Positions 10,390-21,234 are shown, counted from the stretch's first letter. The stretch: DNA of 64,000 nt from an uncultured Chloroflexia bacterium (GCA_963746845.1 CAVVCZ010000002.1:96001-160000); one strand, 5' to 3'. Program-made: numbers and translations. Notes: a model not told the origin generated them from the sequence alone.

Positions 10390-10908
10390 GTGCCGAACAA
10401 GACGATCTATGTCTCCGACGGGGACCTCAAGCTCTACCAGCGCGCGCAGGAGCTCGCCGGTGGCAACCTCTCGGCCGCCATCGTCGCGGCGCTCCGTCGC
10501 TATGTCGACGTCGAGGAGGGCCGCCGGGAAGGCTTCGACGAGATCACCGTTCGGCTCGAGTCGAAGCCTCGTCGGAAGGTCCGGTTCACCGGCGTCCTTC
10601 TCGGCGAGTGGGCCAACACGTCACCCAGTCGCGTGGAACACTTCCGGGTCTACCGGGGTCGGTCGGGCAAGTACGTGCTCCACATCGAACGCGGCCCGAC
10701 CTACACGATGGTCGATGCCGCGGGCAAACCCGCCGGCTGGCGGGGCTACCTCGGGATCGGGAACATCAGCTACGGGTCGGCGCCCGGCGAATCGACCATC
10801 GAGGTTGTCGACACCCTCGAGGAGCTTCGCGAGCGGATCCCGCCGCAGCTCTTCGACATGGTCTCCGGCTTCGCCCAGCAGCCCGCCGTGGTCGACCTGG
10901 ACATCTGA
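10390..10908 (+). CDS. EXLDI-family protein (probable regulator with RHH-like N-terminus)
   Basis: MPNKTIYVSDGDL..YQRAQELAGGNLSAAI; ends VVDLDI; lies before an ABC exporter. Confidence 0.8.
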   Translation: MPNKTIYVSDGDLKLYQRAQELAGGNLSAAIVAALRRYVDVEEGRREGFDEITVRLESKPRRKVRFTGVLLGEWANTSPSRVEHFRVYRGRSGKYVLHIERGPTYTMVDAAGKPAGWRGYLGIGNISYGSAPGESTIEVVDTLEELRERIPPQLFDMVSGFAQQPAVVDLDI

Positions 10909-10947
10909 CCCGGGGCTCCGCCTCTCCCACCAGGCGGGAGGTGCGGC

Positions 10948-11908
10948 ATGACGGCCACCGGGACCCGATCGGCGATCCATGCGTCCGGCCTTCGCAAGTC
11001 GTACGACACGCAGGTCGTCCTCGACGCCATCGACCTGGACGTCGCCGAGGGTACGGTCTACGCGCTGCTCGGGCCGAACGGCGCGGGCAAGACGACGATG
11101 GTCCGGATCCTGTCGACGCTCATCACCGCGGACGGCGGCACCGCGCGAGATCGCAGGCCACTCCATCGCGCACGACCCCGACGCGGTTCGGGCGGTCATC
11201 GGCGTCACCGGCCAGTTCTCCGCGGTCGACGGGCTGTTCACCGGCGAGGAGAACCTCCGGCTGATGGCCGACCTCCGGCATCTCGACAAGGGCGAGGGCC
11301 GCCGCCGCGTCGACGAGCTGCTCGAGCGGTTCGACCTGGTCGAAGCCGCGAAGAAGCCCGCCCAGACCTACTCCGGTGGCATGAAGCGCCGATTGGATCT
11401 GGCGATGACCTTGATCGGCGATCCGCGGATCATCTTCCTCGACGAGCCGACCGCGGGCCTCGATCCCCGCAGTCGTCGCGTGATGTGGCAGATCGTTCGG
11501 GAGCTCGTCGCCGGCGGCGTGACCGTCTTCCTGACGACGCAGGACCTCGACGAGGCGGACCGACTCGCCCATCGGATCGGCGTCCTCGACCGAGGCGTGC
11601 TCGTCGCCGAAGGCACGCCGGACGAGCTCAAGCGGCTCGTTCCCGGCGGTCACATCCGGCTCGCGTTCGCCGACGCGACCGAGCTCGAACGGGCCGCGCG
11701 GACCTTCGACGACGCGTCCCGCGACGACGAGTCGCTGACCCTGCAGGTCCCGAGCGACGGTGGGATCGAGGCGCTGCGCCATCTGCTCGACCGGCTCGAC
11801 GCCGGCGCGATCACGGTCGACGAGGTCTCGATGCAGACTCCCGACCTCGACGACGTCTTCCTGTCCCTGACCGACGAATCCCATGCAGCACCGGTGACCG
11901 TCCGATGA
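10948..11908 (+). CDS. DrrA-type ABC exporter ATP-binding subunit (frameshift near 11145)
   Basis: GPNGAGKTT in one frame; YSGGMKRRLDLA and IIFLDEPT in the next. Confidence 0.9.
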
Positions 11909-12696
11909 TCGCGAACACGTACGTCCTGACCGACTCCGCCACGATGCTCCGGCGGAATCTCCGCCGAATGCGCCGCTACCCTTCGCTCACCCTCTTCATC
12001 GCCGGCATCCCCGTCGTCCTCCTGCTGCTGTTCGTGTACGTCCTCGGCGGCACGCTCGGCGCCGGGCTCGGGATCCCGACCGGCGGCCGCGACGACTACC
12101 TGGCCTACGTGATCCCGGGCATCCTCGTGATCACCGTCGCCGGCGCCGGACAGGGGACCGCGATCTCCGTGGCGATGGACATGACCGAGGGGATCATCGC
12201 CCGCTTCCGGACCATGGCCATTGCCCGTGTGTCCGTCCTGACCGGCCACGTCGTCGGCAGCGTCATCCAGACGATGTTGGCCCTGGTGATCGTCACCGCC
12301 GTCGCCCTGCTCATCGGCTTCCGGCCGACGACGGGCCCGCTCGAGTGGCTGGCGGCGGCGGGCCTGCTCGCCCTCACTGCGCTTGCCATCAGCTGGCTCT
12401 GCGTCGCGCTGGGCATGGCCGCGGGCAGCGTCGAGACCGCGAGCAACAGCCCGATGTTCCTCATCCTCCTGCCGTTCCTGAGCAGCGGCTTCGTCCCGAC
12501 CGATTCGATGCCGGATGCCGTGGCCTGGTTCGCCGAGCACCAGCCGTTCACGCCGATCATCGAGACGGTTCGCGGTCTCCTGTTCGGGACGGCGATCGGC
12601 AGCGACGGCGCGGTCGCGGTCGGCTGGTGCCTCGCGATCTCGGTCGCGGGCTATCTCTGGTCGAGACGACTCTACGATCGCCGCTCGGCCGTCTAG
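11905..12696 (+). CDS. ABC-2 type permease (DrrB-like)
   Basis: DMTEGIIARFRTM, FLSSGFVPTDSMP, QPFTPII; six TMs. Confidence 0.9.
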   Translation: MIANTYVLTDSATMLRRNLRRMRRYPSLTLFIAGIPVVLLLLFVYVLGGTLGAGLGIPTGGRDDYLAYVIPGILVITVAGAGQGTAISVAMDMTEGIIARFRTMAIARVSVLTGHVVGSVIQTMLALVIVTAVALLIGFRPTTGPLEWLAAAGLLALTALAISWLCVALGMAAGSVETASNSPMFLILLPFLSSGFVPTDSMPDAVAWFAEHQPFTPIIETVRGLLFGTAIGSDGAVAVGWCLAISVAGYLWSRRLYDRRSAV

Positions 12697-12703
12697 GTCC
12701 GCG

Positions 12704-13069
12704 TCAGGTCTTGCCGTTACCGCCGCGCTTCGAGCGTTTCCGCGCTCGATACCACGCCAGATACTCGAGCAGCTCGTCCCGTTCATCGTCGGTGAGGTCG
12801 GCGAACAGCGCCTCCCCGACGGTGCTCGTGGTGGACGGATCCGATTCGTTGGGCAGCGGGTAGCCGCTCAGGCGGAGCAGCTCTCCGTACGGCACCCTCA
12901 GCGCCTCGCTCAGCTGGTGGAGGACGTGTGGAGATGGCCGCTTGACCGCGTCGTTCTCGAGCCGGTTCAGGTAGGCCGTCGAGATCCCGGCCGCGCGTGA
13001 CGCGTCACCAGCCGACAGTTGGCGAACCTCTCTGGCCTGCCTGAGGACCGCTCCGATCGTCGGTGACAC
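12704..13069 (-). CDS. XRE-family HTH regulator
   Basis: IGAVLRQAREVRQLS..AAGISTAYLNRLEND..KRPSPHVL; GGAGAGG RBS. Confidence 0.88.
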   Translation of the reverse strand: MSPTIGAVLRQAREVRQLSAGDASRAAGISTAYLNRLENDAVKRPSPHVLHQLSEALRVPYGELLRLSGYPLPNESDPSTTSTVGEALFADLTDDERDELLEYLAWYRARKRSKRGGNGKT

Positions 13070-13080
13070 GGCGCACCTCT

Positions 13081-13135
13081 CCTACAGTTGGTGACGGAAC
13101 CTACAGTTGACAATAGCACCCCGTGATGATTGAAT
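13081..13135 (+). promoter_or_regulatory. Operator (2x CCTACAGTTG, 19-bp period) overlapping TTGACA-N17-TTGAAT
   Basis: Repeats at 13081-13090 and 13100-13109; a 30/32-identical copy lies at 24718-24749. Confidence 0.75.
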
Positions 13136-13223
13136 GCAATGAACGGTATTGGCCGGTGTGTCGCACGGCGTGGCCCTTGTTGCCTCGCTTCCCCGGATGC
13201 CTCGCGCATTGAAGGAGGAAGCC

Positions 13224-13637
13224 TTGGCCATCGATCAGGTCGACCAGACGGTCGTCACCCAGGAGCCAATCACGCCGACCGGTCAACAGACTGTGCGGAC
13301 GGATCACCGGCAGACGGCCGTGAGCGGCCCAGGCGGTTCGGAGATGAGCCGCCGGGTCATCATCCTGGTGTTCGGGCTCATCCAGATCGTCATCGGAGCA
13401 CGGATCGTCCTGCTCCTGCTCGACGCCCGGGAGTCCAACGCCCTCGTCGCCGCCATCCTGAACGTGAGCCAGGTATTCGTGGCCCCGTTCAACGGGATCC
13501 TCCGCACGGACTCTCTCCACGCCGCGGGCTCGGTCCTCGACATCACCGCGATCGTGGCGCTCGTCGGCTGGACGGTCCTCGAGCTGATCGCGCTCTGGGC
13601 GGTCGGCATCTTCCGGCGCGAGCCCGCATCCGCCTGA
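13224..13637 (+). CDS. YggT-like membrane protein
   Basis: GGAGG RBS then TTG; RIVLLLLDA..NALV..I.NVSQVFVAPFNGI. Confidence 0.7.
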   Translation: MAIDQVDQTVVTQEPITPTGQQTVRTDHRQTAVSGPGGSEMSRRVIILVFGLIQIVIGARIVLLLLDARESNALVAAILNVSQVFVAPFNGILRTDSLHAAGSVLDITAIVALVGWTVLELIALWAVGIFRREPASA

Positions 13638-13747
13638 CCCTCGCCTGACGACCGCCTCTCGCGGTCCCGGTGCGGGCAGGGCTTCGCCCGCAAGACTCCA
13701 GCCGACCCCCGCCCGGGACCGCGGCACACTCGAAAGGAATCAGTTCG

Positions 13748-14014
13748 ATGGGCTTCATCGCATGGATCGTCGTCGGCGCCATCGCCGGCTTCCTTGCCAA
13801 TCAGGTCATGGGCTCGCGTGAGGGCCTGTTGATGATGGTCGTGCTCGGCATCGTCGGCGGTCTGGTCGGCGGCTTCGTTGCCGCGAGCGTCCTCAAGATC
13901 GGATCCGTCAACGGCATCAACATCGAGAGCATCCTGATCGCCACGCTCGGGGCGATCGCCGTGGTCTTTCTGGCGCGGTTCGCCAGCGGATCGCGTCGAA
14001 TGTCGCGCGGCTGA
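13748..14014 (+). CDS. GlsB/YeaQ/YmgE stress-response membrane protein
   Basis: MGFIAWIVVGAIAGFLA..LGIVGGLVGG..ATLGAI. Confidence 0.9.
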   Translation: MGFIAWIVVGAIAGFLANQVMGSREGLLMMVVLGIVGGLVGGFVAASVLKIGSVNGINIESILIATLGAIAVVFLARFASGSRRMSRG

Positions 14015-14101
14015 GCGACTCAACCAGCCATCACCGGGCCGACCCGTCCAGGGTCGGCCCTGCCCGTCATCTGCGGATCGGGTACCCAGTTGGAGCCGAA
14101 C

Positions 14102-14482
14102 ATGAACCAGAATCCCGAGACCCAATCAGCGTCCTCGCCGGCCGTCGCTCCCGACGGGCAGAGCCGACCGGGGGTGGTTGCGGTGCGGGCGTCGCAGGCC
14201 GTCGGTCTCGCTCGTGCGACGGTCCGGACGACGGTCACCCGTCTGCCCGGGACCATGCATGCGACGCGGGCCGGTGCGTCAGCGACCACCAGTGCCCTGC
14301 AGCACTTGCCCGACTCGACCCTTCAGGGGCTCGCCGCGGGCTCGGTCGGCCTCGGTGCCGGGTTCTACCTGGCGGGGTTGCCGCGGTTCGTGGCGGCGGT
14401 CGCCGTCGCGCCGGCGATGATCCTCGGCGCGGCGATCGCGCTGCGTCCGGCCCATCGCCTGGCGGAGGCCGACGGGGCCTGA
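14102..14482 (+). CDS. Hypothetical membrane protein
   Basis: GGAG RBS; C-terminal hydrophobic helices; fills the gap before the convergent gene. Confidence 0.55.
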   Translation: MNQNPETQSASSPAVAPDGQSRPGVVAVRASQAVGLARATVRTTVTRLPGTMHATRAGASATTSALQHLPDSTLQGLAAGSVGLGAGFYLAGLPRFVAAVAVAPAMILGAAIALRPAHRLAEADGA

Positions 14483-14495
14483 GTGCGTGGGCCCG

Positions 14496-15428
14496 TCAGG
14501 ACGGGTTCTCCATCAACGCCTGCACGGTCGCGATCGCCTCATCGAGCGAACCGGGTAGCAGGATGCGATCGGCGGCCTTCTCCAGCTCGTGAGCGCGTGG
14601 CCCACCGATCGCCACCTTGAGCGGGCGTGACCCCCGGCCCAACGCCGCAACGACCTCGGCCGTGGCAGCGACATCCGGAGCCGCCACCACGCCGAGGACC
14701 GCGACGGCAGCCGAGGTGGACGCGGCGGCGGTGAGCCAGCCGGTCAGAGGCACGTCGGCGCCCAGGTAGAGAACGCTCACGCCACGCCGCCGCGCGGCGA
14801 CCGCAAACGCGAGCGCACCCAGCTCGTGATGACTGCCCGGTGGCAGGCCGACGATCAGGTCGGGTTCGTCCGTGGACGAGACGGCCTCGTAGAACCGGGC
14901 GAGCCGGCGGCGAACGGTCTCGCTCGCCGCATGCTCCATCGCGACGTCGATCGAGCCCTCTGCCCAGGCGTCACCGACCGCGCGCATGGCCGGGAACACG
15001 ACGCGTTCCATCGTCGACTCGAACCGCTCCGAGGCAAACGCCTCGTCGAGGATGCGCTCCATGGCGGGGATGTCGAGGGCCCGGGTGGCGACGACGAATG
15101 CGTCGATGGCCGCACCGGCTCGGGGTGGGGCGGCGACGACCTCGGAAGGACGGCTCTCGGCCACCGCGTCCGAACGCCTGGCCTGTCGGACGAGCTCGTC
15201 GAGGTCCGTGTCCGCCGCCATCACCCGGGCCGCCGCCTGCCGCGGCCGCATCCCGCCGTGCTCCACGAGGTGGCGCATCGCGATCAGGCGCTCGATCGAC
15301 GCGTCGTCGTACAGGCGATAGCCGCTCTCGGTCCGCGCCGGGTGGACGACCCCGTAGCGCTGCTCCCAGACCCGGACCGTCGGGACCCGCAAGCCGCTGC
15401 GCGCTGCAGCCTGGGCGATCGTGTACAT
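14496..15428 (-). CDS. carH: CarH/LitR-type cobalamin-dependent MerR photoreceptor-repressor
   Basis: MerR HTH (RVWEQRYG..RTESGYRLY), Wx9EH motif (WAEGSIDVAMEH), B12 loop PPGSHHELG, YLGADVP. Confidence 0.82.
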   Translation of the reverse strand: MYTIAQAAARSGLRVPTVRVWEQRYGVVHPARTESGYRLYDDASIERLIAMRHLVEHGGMRPRQAAARVMAADTDLDELVRQARRSDAVAESRPSEVVAAPPRAGAAIDAFVVATRALDIPAMERILDEAFASERFESTMERVVFPAMRAVGDAWAEGSIDVAMEHAASETVRRRLARFYEAVSSTDEPDLIVGLPPGSHHELGALAFAVAARRRGVSVLYLGADVPLTGWLTAAASTSAAVAVLGVVAAPDVAATAEVVAALGRGSRPLKVAIGGPRAHELEKAADRILLPGSLDEAIATVQALMENPS

Positions 15429-15437
15429 GGTTTGTTG

Positions 15438-15520
15438 ACAGTATCAGCGCGTGGCGCACTTGACAAGGCTTGAACAAACGCAATACAGTCCGCTCATACC
15501 CTCAACAAAGAGTCAACAAC
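15438..15520. promoter_or_regulatory. Divergent promoters with 11-bp-phased TnnACA repeats (CarH operator-like)
   Basis: ACA at 15463, 15474, 15485 and at 15505, 15516; TTGACA(15460)-N18-TACAGT(15484); TGaTACTGT on the minus strand for carH. Confidence 0.7.
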
Positions 15521-15532
15521 CAAGCGGACGAC

Positions 15533-16501
15533 ATGACCATCCAGGACCTCATCGACGACGCGCTCGAGATCGCCGTCATCCCGAGCTTCTCGCGGATCGG
15601 CTACGCGGTCCGGCGACGGCTGTACGACTGGGACCCGACCGCGCCTGGCGCCCTCGAGGGTCGAACGGCTCTCGTCACCGGCCCGACCTCGGGCCTCGGC
15701 CGGGCGGCGGCGGACGAACTCGCCGCGGCCGGCGCGCGGCTGATCCTCGTCGGGCGATCCGAGGAGCGCCTGGTCGCCGTTCGCGATGACCTCGTCCGCA
15801 CCCACGGCGAGGACCGCTTCCGGACCGTCGTCGCCGACCTGGCGTCGCTCGCAGCCGTTCGAAGCGCGGCCGCCCGGATCCTGGCGACCGAACCCCGGCT
15901 CGATGTCGTCATCGACAACGCCGGCGCGATCTTCGCCGGCCGTTCGGAGAGCGTCGATGGCATCGAGTCGACGCTCGCGACGATGGTCGTCGGACCGTTC
16001 GCGCTGATCACGGCAGTGCTGCCGCTGCTCCGTTCGACGGGCGGAGCCCGCGTCGTCGCGGTGACCTCGGGCGGCATGTACGTCCAACCCCTCGATCTCG
16101 ACGACCTCCAGTGGGAGGACCGCCCCTACCAGGGCACGCGCGCGTACGCGGGAGCGAAGCGGGCGCAGGTCTGCCTGACCCGCGAGTGGGCGCGGAGGAT
16201 CCCCGCGGCGGAGGTGACCTTCAACGCGATGCACCCGGGCTGGGCGGACACGCCCGGGATCTCGGCCTCGCTGCCCGGCTTCGCCGACCTGATGCGGCCG
16301 ATCCTGCGGAGCCCGGCCGAGGGCGTGAATACGGCGGTCTGGCTCGCCACCGATCCCGCCGTCGCGACCGTGACCGGCGGCCTCTTCCTCGATCGACGCC
16401 CCCGGCCGTTCGACCGGTGGCCCGGGACCCGTGTCTCCGCCACCGATCGGCGGGCGCTCTGGGACGTCGTCACGCATCTCAGCATCGGAGCTCCTGCATG
16501 A
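15533..16501 (+). CDS. Short-chain dehydrogenase/reductase (DHRS12-like)
   Basis: TGPTSGLG, NAG, YAGAK, MHPGWADTPG. Confidence 0.9.
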   Translation: MTIQDLIDDALEIAVIPSFSRIGYAVRRRLYDWDPTAPGALEGRTALVTGPTSGLGRAAADELAAAGARLILVGRSEERLVAVRDDLVRTHGEDRFRTVVADLASLAAVRSAAARILATEPRLDVVIDNAGAIFAGRSESVDGIESTLATMVVGPFALITAVLPLLRSTGGARVVAVTSGGMYVQPLDLDDLQWEDRPYQGTRAYAGAKRAQVCLTREWARRIPAAEVTFNAMHPGWADTPGISASLPGFADLMRPILRSPAEGVNTAVWLATDPAVATVTGGLFLDRRPRPFDRWPGTRVSATDRRALWDVVTHLSIGAPA

Positions 16502-16959
16502 CCCGCATCCACGAGCGGATCGAGACGGCCCTGCCCGTCGACGACGCCTTCGACTTCATCGCCGACTTCGCCAACACGGCGGTCTGGGACCCGGGAACCG
16601 TCTCCTCCCGGCCGCACGGCGACGAGCCGCCGGGACCCGGCGCGCGCTACGACCTCGAGGTGCGGATGGGCGGCCGAGTCGCGCCGATGGAGTATCGCGT
16701 CCGCGAGTACCAGCGTCCCCATCGCGTCGTCCTCGTCGGCCGGGGCGCCAACGTCGAAGCCGTCGACGACATCCGGTTCGGGCGCGTCGGTGACCGGACC
16801 GTCGTCGACTACTCCGCCGACATCCGTCTGGGTGGCTGGCTCCGGCTCGTGCAGCCGTTCCTGGGTCGCACGTTCCGGACGATCGGGCGCGATGCCGCGG
16901 CGGGGATGGCCCGAACGCTGGACGCCCGAGCGGCCGCCCCTGAAGCGGCGCCCCGCTGA
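16498..16959 (+). CDS. SRPBCC/polyketide cyclase-like lipid-binding protein
   Basis: [17 protein letters not shown]; ATGA overlap. Confidence 0.8.
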   Translation: MTRIHERIETALPVDDAFDFIADFANTAVWDPGTVSSRPHGDEPPGPGARYDLEVRMGGRVAPMEYRVREYQRPHRVVLVGRGANVEAVDDIRFGRVGDRTVVDYSADIRLGGWLRLVQPFLGRTFRTIGRDAAAGMARTLDARAAAPEAAPR

Positions 16960-18252
16960 TGCGCATCGCGGTGATCGGCGGCGGGATCAGCGGGCTGAGC
17001 GCCGCCTGGGCGTTGCACCGAGAGCACGAGGTCCGGCTGTACGACGCGGAGTCGCCGGTCGGCGGCCACGTCAAGACCGTGACGGTCGACACGCCCGAAG
17101 GTCCGCTTGCCGTCGACATGGGATTCATCGTCCACAACGACGTCACGTACCCGCGGTTCCTGGAACTGATGGCGGAGCTTGGCGTGAAGACGCAGGCCAG
17201 CGACATGTCGTTCGGCCTGACGTGCCGCCGGTGTGACCTGGAGTTCAGCTCCCGCGGTCGCGGTGGCTGGCTGGCCACGCCGGGAGCGGCGTTTCGACCC
17301 GGCTACTGGCGCATGTTCGCGGACGTGCTGCGCTTCTACCGCGACGCGCGGCAGCGGCTCGACACGGGAGCCACGTCCCGGGCGACGCTCGGCGACTACC
17401 TCGACGACCTCGGGTTCGGGCCGGGCTTCCGCGACCACTTCCTCGTCCCGATCACCTCGGCCGTCTGGTCGACGGCGTCGGCACGGGTCCTCGACTTCCC
17501 GATCGACTACCTCCTGCGGTTCCTCGACCACCACGGACTCATCGGCGTTGGTCGCGCACTGCGAGTGGCGGACGATCACCGGCGGGTCGATGACCTACGT
17601 CGAGCGGATCGTCGAGCGCCTCGGGCCGGATGCCGTGCGGGCGGGCGACCCGGTCGTGGACGTCGTCCGGACGGAGGCCGACGTCACGGTTCGGACCGCG
17701 CGCGGCACGAGCGACCGGTTCGACGCCGTCGTGATCGCCGCCCACGCGGACGACGCGTTCCGGATGCTGCGCGACGCGGATGGTCGCGAGCGGGCCGCCC
17801 TGGGAGCGTTCGAGTACTCGAGCAACCGGGTGGTCCTGCACACGGACGCGAGCCTCCTGCCGCGGCGACGGGCCGCGTGGGCCTCGTGGAACGTGGACCA
17901 GGCGGACTGCCGCCGGCCGGGCGACGTCCTGACGATGACCTATCACCAGAACCGCCTGCAGACGCTGCCCGGACCCGCCCAGTACTGCGTCTCGGTCAAC
18001 CCGGATGCCCGTCTGAACCCGGCGACGATCCTCGCGGACCGGACGATGCGCCACCCGCTGTACACGTTCGCGACCCTCGATGCGCAGGCCCGGGTCGGGG
18101 CGCTCCAGGGCTGGCGTCGGACGTTCTATGCCGGCGCCCACCTCGGCTACGGGTTCCACGAGGACGGCTGCCGCTCCGGGTTCGAGGCCGCGGCGTTGGT
18201 CGCGGCCCTCCCGCGCGGCTCCCGTGATGCCGCCGAGGAGCGTGCCGCATGA
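16959..18252 (+). CDS. FAD-dependent oxidoreductase, COG2907/UfaD-like (frameshift near 17560)
   Basis: [33 protein letters not shown]; then [18 protein letters not shown] in the second frame. Confidence 0.88.
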
Positions 18253-18990
18253 GGTCGCACCTGCTGGAAGGCGTCGTCCGGCATCGGCGGGCTACGCCGT
18301 TCGTCTACGCGCTGGAGCACCGCGTCGCGTATGTCGCCCTCGACCTCGATGAGCTCGACGCAGTCGAGCGATCGTCGCGGCTGCTGCGTCGCAACCGGCG
18401 CGGGATCGTCGAGGTGCGCGATCGCGACCATCTCGATCCGCCCGCGGACGACCTGCGCGGGGGCGTTCCTCGACCATCTGCGCTCCGAGGGACACGACCC
18501 GACCGGCTGGCGGGTGACCCTCGTCACGAACCCGCGGATCCTCGGCTACGTCTTCAACCCGGCCAGCTTCTTCCTGTGTCGGGATGCGGCGGGCGAGCTC
18601 CAGGTGGTCGTCGTCGAGGTCCACAACACGCACGGCGAGCGCCATTGCTACACGCTCCGCCGGCAGGCCGGGACCTCGACCTTCGCGGCGTCGATGCGCA
18701 AGGAGTTCGACGTCTCGCCGTTCATCGAGATCCGCGGCGGCTACTCCGTCCGCGTCCGCGATGAGGACCGGCGCCTCCGGATCACGATCAACCAGGAGCA
18801 GCCGGAAGGCCTGCTGCTCCACGCGAGCCTGGACCTGGTGCGGCGGCCGCTGACGGACCGAACGCTCCTGCAGATGCTGGTGCGTCACCCCTTCGTGACC
18901 CACCGAACGATCCTGCTGATCCACTGGCACGCGCTCCAGCTGTGGCTGCGCGGCGCCCGATTCCATCGACATCGGGAGGTGGTGCGATGA
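18249..18990 (+). CDS. DUF1365 protein, UfaO-like (frameshift near 18460)
   Basis: GVVRHRR; [14 protein letters not shown]; [12 protein letters not shown]; KEFDVSPF; IHWHALQLW. Confidence 0.88.
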
Positions 18991-20249
18991 CCTCGACCAC
19001 GATCACGGCGCAGCGACCGCCGCTGCTGGGCTCCATCCTCGAACGAGCCGCCTGGCGCGTCGGGCTGGCGGCCGCCGAGCGGATCCGCGTCGGGCGGTTG
19101 ACCGTGGTCCTGCCGGACGGCTCGTCGCGCGCGTTCGGGGACGCCGCCTCCGCCGAGATCGCCGAGATCCGGATCCACAACCTGCAGGCCCTCGTCCGGA
19201 TGCTGCTCCGCGGGGAGCCCGGCGCCGGCGAGGCGTACATGGACGGCCTGTGGTCCAGCCCGGACCTGGCGGCGCTGCTCCGGCTCGCGGCGCGCAACCG
19301 CGACGCCCTGGCCCTGTCGGCAGGCTGGTTCCGCGTCCCGGCCCACCTCGCCCGGACGGCGGCCCACCGGCTGCGACGGAACACGCGCTCCGGCAGCCGG
19401 CGCAACATCGCGGCCCACTACGACCTGGGCAACGACTTCTACCGGCTGTTCCTCGACGAGACGATGACCTATTCGAGCGCGGTGTTCGCGCGCCCGGACC
19501 AGGACCTCGCGGATGCGCAGCGACACAAGTACGCGGTGATGGCCGCCAACGCCGGGCTGGAGCGCGGCCGGCACGTCCTCGAGATCGGCACCGGCTGGGG
19601 CGGCTTCGCCCTGTACGCCGCCGGCGAGCTGGGCTGCCGGGTCACCTCGGTCACGATCTCGCGCGAGCAGCACGAGCTGGCGCGCGAGCGCGTGCGGGCC
19701 GCGGGTCTCGACGACCTCGTCGACATCCAGCTGCGCGATTACCGCGACATCGAGGGCACGTACGACGCGATCGTCTCGATCGAGATGCTCGAGGCGGTCG
19801 GGTCCGAGTACTTCGAGACGTTCTTCGCGGTCTGCGATCGGGCGCTCCGGCCGGGTGGGCGGATGAGCCTCCAATCGATCACGTTCCCCGACGCGGCCTA
19901 CGAGCGGCAGCGTCGCGGCGCGAACTGGATCCAGACGTACATCTTCCCGGGCGGGCTCTGCCCGTCGCTCTCGGTCATCGAGCGCTCGACCCGCGACACG
20001 CGCCTCCTGATCACCGCCGTGACCGACGTCGCCGCCTCGTACGTGCTGACGCTCCGGGCGTGGCGCGAGCGGTTCCTCGCGCGGCTCGACGACGTCCGCG
20101 GGCTGGGCTTCGACGATCGCTTCATCCGGATGTGGGAGTACTACCTCGCGCTCAGCGAGGCGGGCTTCGCGACCGGGATCAGCCAGGACCTCCAGATCGC
20201 GCTGGAGAAGGAGCGCGGCAGCGGCGACGGACGGAAGGCTGGGCGGTGA
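18987..20249 (+). CDS. cfa: Cyclopropane-fatty-acyl-phospholipid synthase family methyltransferase
   Basis: NIAAHYDLGNDFY, MTYSSA, LEIGTGWG, SIEMLEAVG, YIFPGG, RMWEYYL. Confidence 0.92.
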   Translation: MTSTTITAQRPPLLGSILERAAWRVGLAAAERIRVGRLTVVLPDGSSRAFGDAASAEIAEIRIHNLQALVRMLLRGEPGAGEAYMDGLWSSPDLAALLRLAARNRDALALSAGWFRVPAHLARTAAHRLRRNTRSGSRRNIAAHYDLGNDFYRLFLDETMTYSSAVFARPDQDLADAQRHKYAVMAANAGLERGRHVLEIGTGWGGFALYAAGELGCRVTSVTISREQHELARERVRAAGLDDLVDIQLRDYRDIEGTYDAIVSIEMLEAVGSEYFETFFAVCDRALRPGGRMSLQSITFPDAAYERQRRGANWIQTYIFPGGLCPSLSVIERSTRDTRLLITAVTDVAASYVLTLRAWRERFLARLDDVRGLGFDDRFIRMWEYYLALSEAGFATGISQDLQIALEKERGSGDGRKAGR

Positions 20250-21234
20250 TCAGACGGCGGACGGATGCCCGTGGTCGAGCGGCCGCTGCGACCCGATCGC
20301 CGGCGACGCGCAGACCCGCGCGAGCGTCTCGCTGAAGCTGGCCGTCGCGAGGGCGATCACCGTGTCCGCGGCGCCGTAGTACAGGTGCAGACGGTCGTGC
20401 TCCACGTCGTGGACCCAGCCGCACGGGAAGACGACCCGGCCGACGTCGCCGGTGATCTCGTATGGCGCCTCGGGACCGAACACCCAGCTCTCCGTTCGGC
20501 GGATCAGCAGCCCGGGGTCGTCGAGGTCGAGCAGGCCCAGCCCGACCCGGTAGATCGGACCGTCCGACGTCGTCCGGACGCCGTGGTACATCACGAGCCA
20601 GCCCTCGGGCGTCTCGAGCGGCGGCGGGCCGAGGCCCACCTTGCCCGCATCCCACCACGCACCGTCGCGTGCCTCGAGCAGCAGTCGGTGGTCGCCCCAG
20701 TGGCGAAGGTCGGGCGAGTACGACAGCCAGATGTGGGCACCGCCGCGGAGGGGCGAGGGGCGATGGATCATCGCCCAGCGACCCGAAGCGACGCGGGAAC
20801 AGGGCCGCGTCCTTGTCCTCGGGCGGCATGACCGGCCCGAGCCGGGTGACGCTCCGGAAGTCGCGCGTCGTCGCGAGCCCGACGAGGGGGCCGCGCCGGC
20901 TGTACGCGGTGAAGGCGATCGCCCATTCATCGCGCTCCGGCAACCACGTGAGCCGCGGATCCTCGCAGCCCCAGGTCTCCTCGGGATCGTGGTCGACGTC
21001 GGCCTGGAGCAGCGGCTCGGGGTCGAACCGCCAGTCCGACACGCCATCCCGGCTGCGCGCGACGTGGAGCAGGGAGATCCCGCGGAGGTCCTCGACCCGG
21101 ACGAGGAGGATCGTCTCGTCCCCCACGCGGACGGCGCCCGGATTGAAGACCGAGTTCGCCGGATACGGGACGTCGGCGGCGGTCAGGATCGGGTTCGCGG
21201 CATTGCGCCGGAACAGCGGCTCCGGCTGGGTCAT
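20250..21234 (-). CDS. GH130-family glycoside phosphorylase/hydrolase (frameshift near 20780)
   Basis: NPIL..SVFNPGA, GCEDPRL, EDKDAALFP; WLVMYHGV, VVFPCG, LYYGAADT. Confidence 0.85.

Noticed and set aside
10948-12696. 582-aa ATPase-permease fusion in the ORF track
   Set aside because: Artefact of the 11145 frameshift; the middle is out-of-frame sequence
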